The position numbers and the translations under genes were made by a program. Below the pieces are notes generated by a model, which saw only the letters and a program-made list of their open reading frames with translations, did not search any database and was not told where the DNA came from. A stretch of 64,000 nt of DNA, taken from Candidatus Latescibacterota bacterium. Lineage in GTDB: Bacteria; Latescibacterota; UBA2968; UBA8231. Positions 38,361 to 47,946 of this stretch are shown here, piece by piece; within the stretch, counting starts at the first letter, position 1; each line of letters opens with the position of its first letter. The stretch is taken from NCBI GenBank assembly GCA_964291625.2, contig OZ220089.1, positions 4,704,001 through 4,768,000 on the forward strand, given 5' to 3'.

Positions 38361-40588
38361 ACGCCTCCGACATCTTCCGCCCCCGGGAAGGGCAGAAGCA
38401 GATCCTCGAGTACGAGGGCGGCCTCATGGGGGTGGCGGCGGTCCCCGGCAGCGGCAAGACCACCACCATCGCCCATCTCGCCGCGGAGCTGCTGGACCGC
38501 CGCAGCCGGGGAGAGGGCCCCCTGTCCGAGACCGGTCGGGTCCTGGTGGTCACCTACCAGGCCGCCGCCGCCGACGCCCTGCGGGGGCGCATCGCCCGGG
38601 CCCTCGCCAGCCGCCGGCTGGTCTCCGCGGGGTACGAGGTGCGCACCCTCCACAGCCTGGCCTTCGGCATCGTCCAGACCTGGCCGGGCCACGCCGGCAC
38701 CGACTCGGAGCTGCGGGTCCTCGACGAGCGCTCCCAGATGGAGCTCGTCGACCGCGCCCTGCGCGAGTGGAGCGTGGAGAACCGGCACCGCTGGGAACCC
38801 CTGTCGCCCGGAGAGGGGCGGCCCGACGCGGGCTGGGAGGAGAGGTGGGCGCGCATCGGCCTCGACATGGGGCGCACGGTGATCGCCGCCGCCAAGAACC
38901 ACCGCCTGGACGCCGACGCGCTCCTCGGGCTGCTGGCCGGCGCCGGGGACCGCGGCGAGGAGGGCGAAGACCTGTCCCGGCGGCTCCTGCGCATCGGGGC
39001 CGAGCTGTACTCCCGCTACCAGCTCCTCGTCGAGAGCTGGGGCGGCATCGACTTCAACGACATGGTGCGCCTCGCCGTCGACCTCCTCGCCTCCCACGAG
39101 GACGTGGCCGAACGCCTCGCCGGGCGCTGGCCCGTGGTGCTCGAGGACGAGGCCCAGGACAGCGTCCCCCTCCAGGAGGAGCTCCTCGGAAGGCTGACCG
39201 CCCGCTCCGGCCACTGGATCCGCGTGGGCGACCCGAACCAGTCGATCACCAGCACCTTCACCTCCGCCGATCCCCGGTTCCTGCGCCGCTTCCTCGAGCG
39301 CGGCGAGGTACGCACCGTCGAGATGTCCGTCTCGGGCCGCTGCTCGCCGCGGATCATGGAGCTGGCCAACGGCCTGGTGGCCTGGACCTGCCGGGAGTAC
39401 CCGGTCCTCGAGGTGCGCGACGAGGCCTTCCGCCGCCAGCGCATGGAGCGATCGGGCGCCGGGGACCCGCAGCCGAACCCGGACGACGGCGACAGCGCCA
39501 TCGCCCTGCGCTCCTTCGAGGGCCGGGACGAGGAGCTGGCGTACGTGGCCCGGCGGGCCCTCGGCTTCGCCCGGGGGCGGCCGGACTGCACCCTCGCCGT
39601 CCTCGTGCCCACCAACCGTCTCGGCTTCGAGATGGCCGAGGTCCTGCGCGAGATGGACGTCTCCTTCGACGAGCGCCTCACCACCTCGCGCCGCTCCCGG
39701 GCGGTGATCGACCGCCTCGCCCGGGTCCTCACCTTCGTCGCCGACCCCCTCTCCCCGGCCGCCCTCGAGGGGGTCTTCCGCGTCACCTCGGGCGAGGAGG
39801 AGGAGGACCTGCGGCCCCTGGTGCGCAGCTGCTACCGCCCGGAGAGCCTCCTCTACCCGGCGCCGGGGGTGGCGGTGGCCGACGCCTTCCCGCCGGTGGC
39901 GCGCCTCCAGGGCGACCTGCAGCCCCTCGGCGCCCTGGCCCGCCGGGCCCGCCGCTGGCTGGAGGCGGGGCGATTCCCCGTGGACCAGCTGGCCCTGGCC
40001 GTGGCCGCCGAGCTCTTCGAGGGCGACGACCTGGCGCGGGCCCAGCGCGTCGCCGGACACCTGCGCCGGCGGGCCGACCAGCACCCGGCCTGGCGCCTCC
40101 CCGAGCTGGCTGCCGATCTGAAGCGGCCCGAGGCGGCGCGGGAGATCCTGGCGGGCGAGGAGGAGGCGGCGTACGAGCCCCGGCCCGGACAGCTCACCCT
40201 GACGACGATGCACAAGTCCAAGGGCATGGAGTGGGACCTCGTCTACCTCGTGGGCGTCGACGGCATCGAGTTCCCCGGCACCCCGGAGGACTACTTCCGC
40301 GGCCACGAGCCCCACCTCGGGGGCAACCCGGCGGAGATGGCGAGGGCCCGCCTGACGGCGCTTCTGGAGGCCGGCCCGAGGCCCTCGGCGGCGCCGACCG
40401 GCCAGCTGGAGTACATCTGCGAGCGGCTGCGCCTGCTCTACGTCGCCATCACCCGGGCGCGGCGCTTCCTGTCGGTCAGCTACAGCCGCACCATCCCCAG
40501 CGGACAGCGCACCCGCCCGGCGCCGGAGTCCCTCCTCTTCGCGCGCCTGGGGGCGCTCCTCGACGACAAGGGGGGAGGTCCCGCATGA
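38357..40588 (+). CDS. UvrD/Rep (SF1A) ATP-dependent helicase
   Basis: AVPGSGKT, TLHSLA, LEDEAQD, VGDPNQSI, TMHKSKGMEWD, LLYVAITRA. Confidence 0.92.
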   Translation: MNASDIFRPREGQKQILEYEGGLMGVAAVPGSGKTTTIAHLAAELLDRRSRGEGPLSETGRVLVVTYQAAAADALRGRIARALASRRLVSAGYEVRTLHSLAFGIVQTWPGHAGTDSELRVLDERSQMELVDRALREWSVENRHRWEPLSPGEGRPDAGWEERWARIGLDMGRTVIAAAKNHRLDADALLGLLAGAGDRGEEGEDLSRRLLRIGAELYSRYQLLVESWGGIDFNDMVRLAVDLLASHEDVAERLAGRWPVVLEDEAQDSVPLQEELLGRLTARSGHWIRVGDPNQSITSTFTSADPRFLRRFLERGEVRTVEMSVSGRCSPRIMELANGLVAWTCREYPVLEVRDEAFRRQRMERSGAGDPQPNPDDGDSAIALRSFEGRDEELAYVARRALGFARGRPDCTLAVLVPTNRLGFEMAEVLREMDVSFDERLTTSRRSRAVIDRLARVLTFVADPLSPAALEGVFRVTSGEEEEDLRPLVRSCYRPESLLYPAPGVAVADAFPPVARLQGDLQPLGALARRARRWLEAGRFPVDQLALAVAAELFEGDDLARAQRVAGHLRRRADQHPAWRLPELAADLKRPEAAREILAGEEEAAYEPRPGQLTLTTMHKSKGMEWDLVYLVGVDGIEFPGTPEDYFRGHEPHLGGNPAEMARARLTALLEAGPRPSAAPTGQLEYICERLRLLYVAITRARRFLSVSYSRTIPSGQRTRPAPESLLFARLGALLDDKGGGPA

Positions 40589-41424
40589 ACCCGCCGCCCC
40601 TGAGCCAGAGCGCCCTCTCCGCCTTCGAGCGCTGCGAGCGCCGGTTCTATCTGCGCTTCGTGCGGCGCCTCGAGTGGCCGGCGCCGCTCACCGGATCCGA
40701 GCAGGAGTGGGAGCGCTCCCGCCGCCGGGGGGAGCGGTTCCACCTGCTCGTGCAGCAGCACGCCCTCGGCCTGCCGGCGGACCGGATCGCGCACGCCTCC
40801 GGGGACGAGGAGCTCACCGCCTGGTGGGAGCGTTTCCGGCGGCACCCGCCTCCGGCCCCCGAGGGGCCGAGTCTCCGCGTCCACACGGAGTTGGAGCTGG
40901 AGGTGGTGCTGGCCGGCGGCCAGTCCCTGGTGGCTCGCTTCGACCGCCTCGAGGTCAGCGGCGGACCCGGCGGCCTGCGCCTCGACATCGTCGACTGGAA
41001 GACCGGCGCCCCGTCGAGCCGGGAGCACCTCGAGCGCAGCTGGCAGACGGCGGTGTACCGCTTCGTCGCCCTCGAGGGGGCCGGCTCCCTGGCGCCGGGG
41101 CCGGTGGCCGCCGAAGGGATCCGCTTCGTCTACTGGCAGAGCGCCCTTCCCGAGGAGCCGGTGGTGCTGCACTACGACGCCGGGCAGCACGAACAGGCGC
41201 GGCAGCGGATCGAGGCGGCGGCGGCGGTGATCGAGGAGCGGCTCGTGGAGGGGGAGGAGGGATTCCCCCGGACCGAGGACATCGGGGTCTGCCGTTACTG
41301 TCCGTACCGGTCCTACTGCGACCGCGGGCGCGAGGCCGGGCCGGGTGTGGACTTCGAGTCGGACGAGGAGGAAGGCGAGGCCGACGGTTGGCTGGCGCCG
41401 CCCGGGGACCCGGAGCCGGGGTAG
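40585..41424 (+). CDS. PD-(D/E)XK nuclease with a four-Cys Fe-S staple (AddB/Cas4-like)
   Basis: SQS.L..FERC.RRF, E, RFDRL, IVDWKTG, Q...Y, CRYCPYRSYC. Confidence 0.88.
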   Translation: MNPPPLSQSALSAFERCERRFYLRFVRRLEWPAPLTGSEQEWERSRRRGERFHLLVQQHALGLPADRIAHASGDEELTAWWERFRRHPPPAPEGPSLRVHTELELEVVLAGGQSLVARFDRLEVSGGPGGLRLDIVDWKTGAPSSREHLERSWQTAVYRFVALEGAGSLAPGPVAAEGIRFVYWQSALPEEPVVLHYDAGQHEQARQRIEAAAAVIEERLVEGEEGFPRTEDIGVCRYCPYRSYCDRGREAGPGVDFESDEEEGEADGWLAPPGDPEPG

Positions 41425-42587
41425 CCGGGTCCTTCTTGGAGGCAATCTACTATGGGCGTGATCGTCTCGATGAGTTCCCGCAGCACGGTGGCCATCTTGT
41501 GAGCCAACTCCTCATTTAGCGCACCGGTCCCAAGGTCAGCCGAGATGTCCCGGTCGTTTACGATCTGCCACTCCTGGTGGGTCCCGATGCCTCTAAGGAT
41601 GTCCTCAAGCTCAAAGGCCACTTCACCAGTGCTCCTCCGAGCATGCCTGAAGAGGACACTAGCCTTCCATCTCTTCACTTCGTCTTCCACATCCACTGGA
41701 GTCAGTAGAATCTGGTAGTATGTACCATAGCCGCTGCTCTGCTGGATCCAAGGCGCTCTCAAGTACCTCAGATTGTACCAGCGTGAGTCATAGTAGCTGC
41801 CTGCCCACCTGCTCGCCTTGTCCGGACTCATCTCGGCCGGAAGCCCATCCATCGCCAGTTCTTCGACCCTTCGCACAAAGTGTGTAACGCCATCGTCAGC
41901 GTTCGGATTCCTGCCACTGGCCGCCGGCTGGCCCTTGCCGATTCTCACCACATCTATCCCGGGTACCGGGATGATGGTCGATGCTTGCAGGTACAATGAA
42001 TCGGCTCTTGCGTCCCGATACGGGGTCAGTTGTACGCAGGTGATTAGGTTCTCGTTAGTGGCCTTCTCATTCAGCCACAAGACGGCGGTTGTCACTTCCG
42101 GCGCGAACCGGTGGCTTGCCAGAATGAGGCGCTGGTCGTGATTCAGCCTAGCATTGAGGTCTTCGACACTCTCGACATTGAGATGTTTCAAGAGGTCGGT
42201 CTCGGCATCTGACTCGGAGATTCCCCTGTAGCGGGCAAAGATGCCGACGACTTGGTCAGCCTTGGCATGGGAGAAATAGCTCGCGTACCTGATGGCTTGC
42301 CAATGAACATCCGCCCCTGAGTCATCGCGTTTGAGCTCGATGACAACCAGTTTCCCATCCGTTTCCACTGCCAGCAGATCCGGCCGCTCTCGTGCCCCTT
42401 CAAAGTCACTGAACTCCTTGCCGACCAAGAGTAAGTCGTCCCCCAAAATGCCGGGATTGTTGGATATCCACTCCTGAAGGTCCGCTCGCTCCCTCAATCC
42501 CAATTCAGCCAAGTCCACTTCCGTCAGCTCGTTGCTCTCCTGGCTCTTGGGGTCGATGCGGAGAATCTGTGGCCCGCTGTCCATCAA
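41313..42587 (-). CDS. NucS/DUF91-like (RecB-type) endonuclease domain protein
   Basis: ERADLQEWI..NP..LG, RPDLLAV..DGKLVVIELKR, QAIRY. The 3' end runs 112 bp antisense into the neighbouring gene. Confidence 0.8.
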   Translation of the reverse strand: MMDSGPQILRIDPKSQESNELTEVDLAELGLRERADLQEWISNNPGILGDDLLLVGKEFSDFEGARERPDLLAVETDGKLVVIELKRDDSGADVHWQAIRYASYFSHAKADQVVGIFARYRGISESDAETDLLKHLNVESVEDLNARLNHDQRLILASHRFAPEVTTAVLWLNEKATNENLITCVQLTPYRDARADSLYLQASTIIPVPGIDVVRIGKGQPAASGRNPNADDGVTHFVRRVEELAMDGLPAEMSPDKASRWAGSYYDSRWYNLRYLRAPWIQQSSGYGTYYQILLTPVDVEDEVKRWKASVLFRHARRSTGEVAFELEDILRGIGTHQEWQIVNDRDISADLGTGALNEELAHKMATVLRELIETITPIVDCLQEGPGYPGSGSPGGASQPSASPSSSSDSKSTPGPASRPRSQ

Positions 42588-42661
42588 GAGACTCCCGACT
42601 TAGGCATCACTTTGAAATGCAAGGGCTGTAGAATCATTAAGACACCAAATCCAGGTCCCCG

Positions 42662-43654
42662 TCACCTACTTCGAGGGGGGTTGACCTTGCCTTCCCTCAC
42701 CTCCCGACGGGTGAGCCTCAGAGGCAGCCTCTTGCCTTTCCTAGCTTTCGTGAAAACCGAATTCATCCAAAGGACCTCTGTCCGTGGATAGTCCCTTCCC
42801 GTGGTGTCCCGCGTGGTAGTATCGATGTCAACCCTCTCCCACCCGCGAGTGGCCGTCAAAATCTCGGCATACAGCTCGTTCTCATAGCCACTAACAAGCA
42901 GCATACAACGTGCCTTGACGCACTTCTTCAATAGCTCCTGGTGGAAGGTCTCATCCCGCGCATCGATCATGTATCCATGCTCTCTCCTTGTAAAGTACGG
43001 AGGATCCAAGTACATCAAGGTAGCCGGACGATCAACAAACATCTCCACCAGCTCCCGTGCATCCCGATTCTCAATCCTAATCCCACGTAGCCTATCCACC
43101 ACCCTTCCGAGCCTATCTGGCAGATTGCACCAGCGATTGACCCGTGCCTCCCTCCCCTCACGTGCATAGGACTGAGAGTATGACCACCCCGCCCTCATGC
43201 CTATGCTGCCATTCACTGTCATCATCGCCGCTACCAGAAATCTTCGAGCCTGCTCCAGGGGATCCAACTCGGGCTGCCCACCCCCCACCTCTCGATCCTC
43301 TCCACCCCCTGTCCCAGTCACCCACTCCCGGGCACGTTCGAACTCCCCCCGAGCGTAAGGAGTGAGCTCAACTGCTCGGCAGAGCCCTTCCGCATTGTCT
43401 CTCAGCTGAGTGAACAGGTTGACGATTTGCCCATCCTTGTCATTAATCACCTCGATGGGAACCGGTGGCTTGGAGAGAGTTAGAGCGGCGGATCCACAGA
43501 ATCCCTCGACCCATGCATTGTGCGGAGGAAGGATCTCAATGATTCTGCGCGCAATCGACTGCTTCGCTCCGTAGTATCCGAAGGGCGACCTGGCCGGATC
43601 TGCCACTAGTGACTGTGCATCGTGAGTCTGCGACACGTACGACCTAGCAGTCAT
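42662..43654 (-). CDS. D12-class N6-adenine DNA methyltransferase (Dam-like)
   Basis: YYGAK, VEGFCGS, EVIND, IENRDA, YLDPPY, LVSGY, EVLWMN. Confidence 0.9.
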   Translation of the reverse strand: MTARSYVSQTHDAQSLVADPARSPFGYYGAKQSIARRIIEILPPHNAWVEGFCGSAALTLSKPPVPIEVINDKDGQIVNLFTQLRDNAEGLCRAVELTPYARGEFERAREWVTGTGGGEDREVGGGQPELDPLEQARRFLVAAMMTVNGSIGMRAGWSYSQSYAREGREARVNRWCNLPDRLGRVVDRLRGIRIENRDARELVEMFVDRPATLMYLDPPYFTRREHGYMIDARDETFHQELLKKCVKARCMLLVSGYENELYAEILTATRGWERVDIDTTTRDTTGRDYPRTEVLWMNSVFTKARKGKRLPLRLTRREVREGKVNPPRSR

Positions 43655-44624
43655 CAAGCGTACCTGAACCCGGTTGATGACGCTTCCTGCACTGCACTCC
43701 ATCTGCCTCAACTTCCCAATTTGCGCTCGACCCAAGAACCGCCGTGGTAGGGGTCGGAATAATTGCCAGCTCTTCTAGGACGAACCGCCCGTCCCGGGAT
43801 ACCGGCAAAAGGTATAGGTAGTACCAATCCCCGTATCTCCGCGATGCCTCGATCTCGTTGCGTGTCCAGAAGAATCTCAGTGACCGTCTCTCCACGGCCT
43901 TGACCTCAATTAACCTCGGTGCTGCCCTGCCCCTCTCTAGGGTGAGACTCCGTACATCATACCCCGCCGCCGCATTCACCAAGGCCACATGCTGTACCGA
44001 ATCCTGATACATCTCACCTAGCCTGCTTCTTTCGTAATTCACAATCGTACTCTCCGCTGCAGTCCCAAAGGACTCTCTCTCCGCCTGTACGAGAGCTCTC
44101 CTGGCGGGTGTCTGTCTTGCCCCTGCCCAATCCTGGGCTGCCAAGTAGAGATCGAGTTGAGAATCTCTGACAAAATAGAAATCACCGTCGACACTGTGGG
44201 CAATCACTCCGAGATCAATCAGGAAGTTACGTACATTACTCTCGTAGTGTCGGTAGGGCCTCCTAGGACGGTGTCTTGGGGCACCTCCCTCGATGCTGTA
44301 AGCCTGAAGATAGGAATACAGCGCCCTACGGTAGCTATTGTCCGACCCGAGCAAGCTGTCCACAATCCACCTTCGGACCCAATCCTCATCAATGTCGGAT
44401 GGCACCTCAATCTCTATCGTACCTACTCCCGCCGTCTTGCTCCCAGCAACTTCGGTCAAGAAGGCGTGGGTCTCTTCGAAGTTTTCAGCCTGCTCCAGAT
44501 ACAACCGCTTGATGTGGCCAAGATCCCGCAGCTGCGCCCCCTGCAACACGGAGACCAACTCTCGGATCTGACTCCAGCGAAGCCCCCGAAATCGATCGTC
44601 ATCCTCCAATGAAAAGTCTCTCAT
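43644..44624 (-). CDS. DUF3883 (NO VEIN-type PD-(D/E)XK nuclease) domain protein
   Basis: G..AE..IV.YE..RL, AGYDVRS, IEVKA, FFWTRNE, YYLY. Confidence 0.82.
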   Translation of the reverse strand: MRDFSLEDDDRFRGLRWSQIRELVSVLQGAQLRDLGHIKRLYLEQAENFEETHAFLTEVAGSKTAGVGTIEIEVPSDIDEDWVRRWIVDSLLGSDNSYRRALYSYLQAYSIEGGAPRHRPRRPYRHYESNVRNFLIDLGVIAHSVDGDFYFVRDSQLDLYLAAQDWAGARQTPARRALVQAERESFGTAAESTIVNYERSRLGEMYQDSVQHVALVNAAAGYDVRSLTLERGRAAPRLIEVKAVERRSLRFFWTRNEIEASRRYGDWYYLYLLPVSRDGRFVLEELAIIPTPTTAVLGSSANWEVEADGVQCRKRHQPGSGTLDDC

Positions 44625-46491
44625 ATGCGTCCAGTTCCTCATCTTCACTGAACATATCCAGTGAGTAGATTGGATAGTCGTGATCGATGATGGCACCCAT
44701 GCGCTCTGCTTTCTCCTGTACTGTTCTCAAAATGTCGGAATCTATTGTGTCCTCATATTGAAGGAAGTAGTAGTGGGCTGGTCTCTGCTCCGACCCTCCG
44801 ATCCGATGTATTCGATCGAGTGACTGCACGTACTGGGCACAATTGTAGGACAAGTCATAGTAAATGGCCGTGGAGCAGCTCTTGTGTAGCGATACGGACT
44901 CAGCACATGCCCCGGGATTTGCCAACAGTATGTCGATCCCACTATTGGGGTCCAAGAACTCCTGAACGATCTCATGCCTAGTGAGTTCATCCGTCACACC
45001 AGAACGCTCCACCGGAGTCGCACCATAGATGAGTCTCGAGCCCGCTAGAGGTCGAAGCTTCCCGTGCAGCATCTCCAGGGTTCGGACGAAGTTGGCCCAA
45101 ATGACCACCTTCTCCTGGCCTCGCCGTAACTCCTCCACCAGCTCTAGGAGATGATGTACCTTGTTTGGTTCCTCCAGTCCATCGTAGTGTTCGATTACTT
45201 CGCCGAGCGGACCAACTGCGTCAGCAAGGTTTTCACTGTAGGCTGGAACTCCACTTGCCAGCATGGCAGAGTAGGATAGGCACTGGCGAAGCCTCATCAT
45301 ACGCCCCTTTCTCAGCCCCACCAATAAATCCAGGTCCTTCATGTAGTCCGAGGAGGAAACGTCGACGATTCTGCCAACAATCAGATCATAGATCTGCCGC
45401 TCGTATGGCTTCATCTGGATCTGAATCGGCGAATGAAAAACCTGAGGTGCAAGATCCAAGTCGTACTTTCGGACCCGATAGAATAGGGGTCCTATAGCGT
45501 CGCTCAGACACTCCCTAGCCGCCTCGAATTCCCGCTTCTGTGAGTACAGCTCGATTCGATGCCGGGACTCCTCCGGGATGGGAGAGCACTCCGGCCAGAG
45601 TACATCGAAGAGGTTGAAGGCATCTGAAAAACTCTGAGGAAAGGGTGTTCCGGTGAGAACTGCACGGCGAGACGCACAGCGGGCCACATTGACCACTGCG
45701 GTCGCCCATACGCCTCCTGGCTGCTTTACGTAATGGGCCTCATCAACGATGAAGTAGAAGTCAACCCCCTGTCGCTCAAAGAGGATCTTAACCTGTGTCC
45801 AGTCTCGCTGGAGGGTTTGGAACGTGGTCAAATACAGGTCTGCTACAGATTCCTGGTTGACCAAGTACTCTGTTCGTCGAGCCTCAATGTTGCCACCCGC
45901 GAGGATCACACACTTGGGAGCTATCCCAAGGACCTCTTGGTATTCGGTCTTCCACGGTCCGAAGCAGGAAGGAGGACCAACGACGAACAGGGAATGGAGC
46001 TTACCTTGCTGTCGTAATCTCTCGAAGACCGTCAGGATGACGGTGGTCTTGCCACTCCCTGGCACGGAGAAGTTGGCGCCGTTCACGGCCGCCAAAAGAT
46101 GTAAGGCCGCTTTGCACTGATGGTCCTTGAGGGTACGTGGTATGCTGTTCTCTAGGAATTGAAGGAACCGAGCTACCTCCTCCTCATCCAGGTTGCCTTC
46201 TTTAAGGACTCCAGCCTTCTCTCTTGCACTACGGTATAACGACTCGGCGTCCTCCTGTTCCCTGAGGCGGTCCTTCATGGTGGTTCCCAGTTCAACAGGG
46301 AAGGAGCCTCGTTCGAAGTAGTCGCTCACTTTCTTGGCCAGCTCCGTGGTATCTCCTGAAGGCCCCACGTATCGGCCATCCTTGCCGAATGAGAAGCCCC
46401 AAAACATCAGCTGGCTGGTGTGATGTGGTGCAAGATCACTTTGCTCACAGTCGAGCACCAACCTGTCTTGCTCGGCAAGAATCCGTATCAC
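44599..46491 (-). CDS. SNF2-like (SF2) helicase/translocase
   Basis: FSVPGSGKT, VDEAH, LTGTP, KVVIW, ESVSLH, QSLDRIHRIG. Confidence 0.9.
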   Translation of the reverse strand: MIRILAEQDRLVLDCEQSDLAPHHTSQLMFWGFSFGKDGRYVGPSGDTTELAKKVSDYFERGSFPVELGTTMKDRLREQEDAESLYRSAREKAGVLKEGNLDEEEVARFLQFLENSIPRTLKDHQCKAALHLLAAVNGANFSVPGSGKTTVILTVFERLRQQGKLHSLFVVGPPSCFGPWKTEYQEVLGIAPKCVILAGGNIEARRTEYLVNQESVADLYLTTFQTLQRDWTQVKILFERQGVDFYFIVDEAHYVKQPGGVWATAVVNVARCASRRAVLTGTPFPQSFSDAFNLFDVLWPECSPIPEESRHRIELYSQKREFEAARECLSDAIGPLFYRVRKYDLDLAPQVFHSPIQIQMKPYERQIYDLIVGRIVDVSSSDYMKDLDLLVGLRKGRMMRLRQCLSYSAMLASGVPAYSENLADAVGPLGEVIEHYDGLEEPNKVHHLLELVEELRRGQEKVVIWANFVRTLEMLHGKLRPLAGSRLIYGATPVERSGVTDELTRHEIVQEFLDPNSGIDILLANPGACAESVSLHKSCSTAIYYDLSYNCAQYVQSLDRIHRIGGSEQRPAHYYFLQYEDTIDSDILRTVQEKAERMGAIIDHDYPIYSLDMFSEDEELDAYERLFIGG

Positions 46492-46495
46492 ATCA

Positions 46496-47896
46496 TCACC
46501 TCTTGTTGGAGAGTCTCTTCATGTTTTTCGTGTATTGAAAAATGTCGGACTCCAACGTCTTTCCGGCTCTGATGATTCTTCCAATGATCTCGCGCGCCCT
46601 TCTTAAGTCCCTATTGTCGATAGCGCTAAGGTCCATATTGTCGTGCGTTAGTTTTCTGTGGGCTTCTTCCAGGAGTTCTATCGGCGTCTCCTTTTCCTTC
46701 AAGTGCTGATGGCTTTGAGAAGCCTTCTTGAGGTTGTATATGATTGGGCGGCGATACTTGGCCTCCCACTTCGCATCGATTTCCTCTATGCTGAGTTCTT
46801 CTCCCTCCTCATCAACGCACTCCTCTGGTGGAAGAACCGGAGCCACCTCGGCCACAATTCTCTTAATCGCCTGTTTTCCTTCTTCTGTACGGCACAACTT
46901 GCTGTAATCTCGCATGATCTTGTGGACTTTGGGCATATCAGGGACTGTTCTTAGGCGAATGATGTCGAAGGCAGCTGCCTCCAGTTCGCCAATCTCCTCT
47001 TCTTTAATCCCTATCTCCATTCGTCGCTTGGGATTGCTGAAGTAGCGAGTGAATGTGGCGCTATAGTCGGCAAAGGCCTGCCAACGGCCTTCCGAGTCTG
47101 CGATACCTCGTGAGACGGTCCGGTATAGGCCATCCCGGGCGAACTGCCTCAGGTATCGATCGATACAGGCAAGAGGATCGAGGTAGTCCTTTTGGTACCG
47201 ATCGACTACGCGCTTCAACTGCGCGTTTGTGGTGCCTGCATAGGTCGGGTCGTCCGCCACTTGTTCCTCAAGGGTAAAGCCGAGATCCACTTTGCGCTTT
47301 ATCGACAAGGCGCGATCGAAGCTGTAGTACTCGGCCCTTCCGTCACTTTGGAGCTGGTAGCGATTCTCGATTTTCTCGATTTCAACAAGGGTAGGTGGGC
47401 CGCCCTCCTCGTCTCTTCCTGGGAGGATGACAGCCTGCATGTACCTGAGGTTCTCATCGCTTGGGGACTCCTTCAGGAGACGCTCCATCGCCATCTTCCG
47501 CCGATTCCCATTGATGAGAAAGCCGTCACAGGTAATTATGACCGGTTGCTGCTGTCCCGCATGGAGAATCGACTTGACGAGAACCTCGGTGCGTTCCGGG
47601 TCCTTTCCCTCAAGGAACTCCCGGATCTTGGCTTGGTCGCCCTCATCGTTCTCGTCTAACGGGGCAACAGTCTGTTCGTAGTCCAGGACATCTGACGCGA
47701 TCCGGCCATTGTCCTTGCGATATCTCAGTAGATCGATGGGCACCCGCCATACCGGTCGCTCTGTACCGCGAACTTGGTCGTCCCGGAAATTGATAACTTC
47801 CTGCGACGGCTTGGCGGTGTCAGTTTTTCGTCTTTGGATCTCCTTGGCGAAGTCCTCGACTATCTCCCTCGGTGCCTCAGCCGTAATGCGTGCCAT
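46496..47896 (-). CDS. ParB/Srx-like N-terminal domain protein
   Basis: GQQQPVIITCDGFLINGNRR (ParB/Srx arginine motif). Strong GGAGGGAG RBS. Confidence 0.75.
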   Translation of the reverse strand: MARITAEAPREIVEDFAKEIQRRKTDTAKPSQEVINFRDDQVRGTERPVWRVPIDLLRYRKDNGRIASDVLDYEQTVAPLDENDEGDQAKIREFLEGKDPERTEVLVKSILHAGQQQPVIITCDGFLINGNRRKMAMERLLKESPSDENLRYMQAVILPGRDEEGGPPTLVEIEKIENRYQLQSDGRAEYYSFDRALSIKRKVDLGFTLEEQVADDPTYAGTTNAQLKRVVDRYQKDYLDPLACIDRYLRQFARDGLYRTVSRGIADSEGRWQAFADYSATFTRYFSNPKRRMEIGIKEEEIGELEAAAFDIIRLRTVPDMPKVHKIMRDYSKLCRTEEGKQAIKRIVAEVAPVLPPEECVDEEGEELSIEEIDAKWEAKYRRPIIYNLKKASQSHQHLKEKETPIELLEEAHRKLTHDNMDLSAIDNRDLRRAREIIGRIIRAGKTLESDIFQYTKNMKRLSNKR

Positions 47897-47946
47897 TGTC
47901 CTAAACTCCCTCCAGAGAGAGTGTTTGACTCAAGATGCCGTTTCGC

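Larger units (their letters stand above)
41425..47946 (-). other. Lower-GC accessory (putative defence) island of five co-oriented genes
   Basis: Abrupt GC drop between the nuclease stop (41424) and the original miaB stop (47947). No integrase or att repeat seen. Confidence 0.8.

Noticed and set aside
40585-41424. Cas4 / CRISPR-Cas locus
   Set aside because: No cas1, cas2 or repeat-spacer array in the window. The context is a helicase operon.
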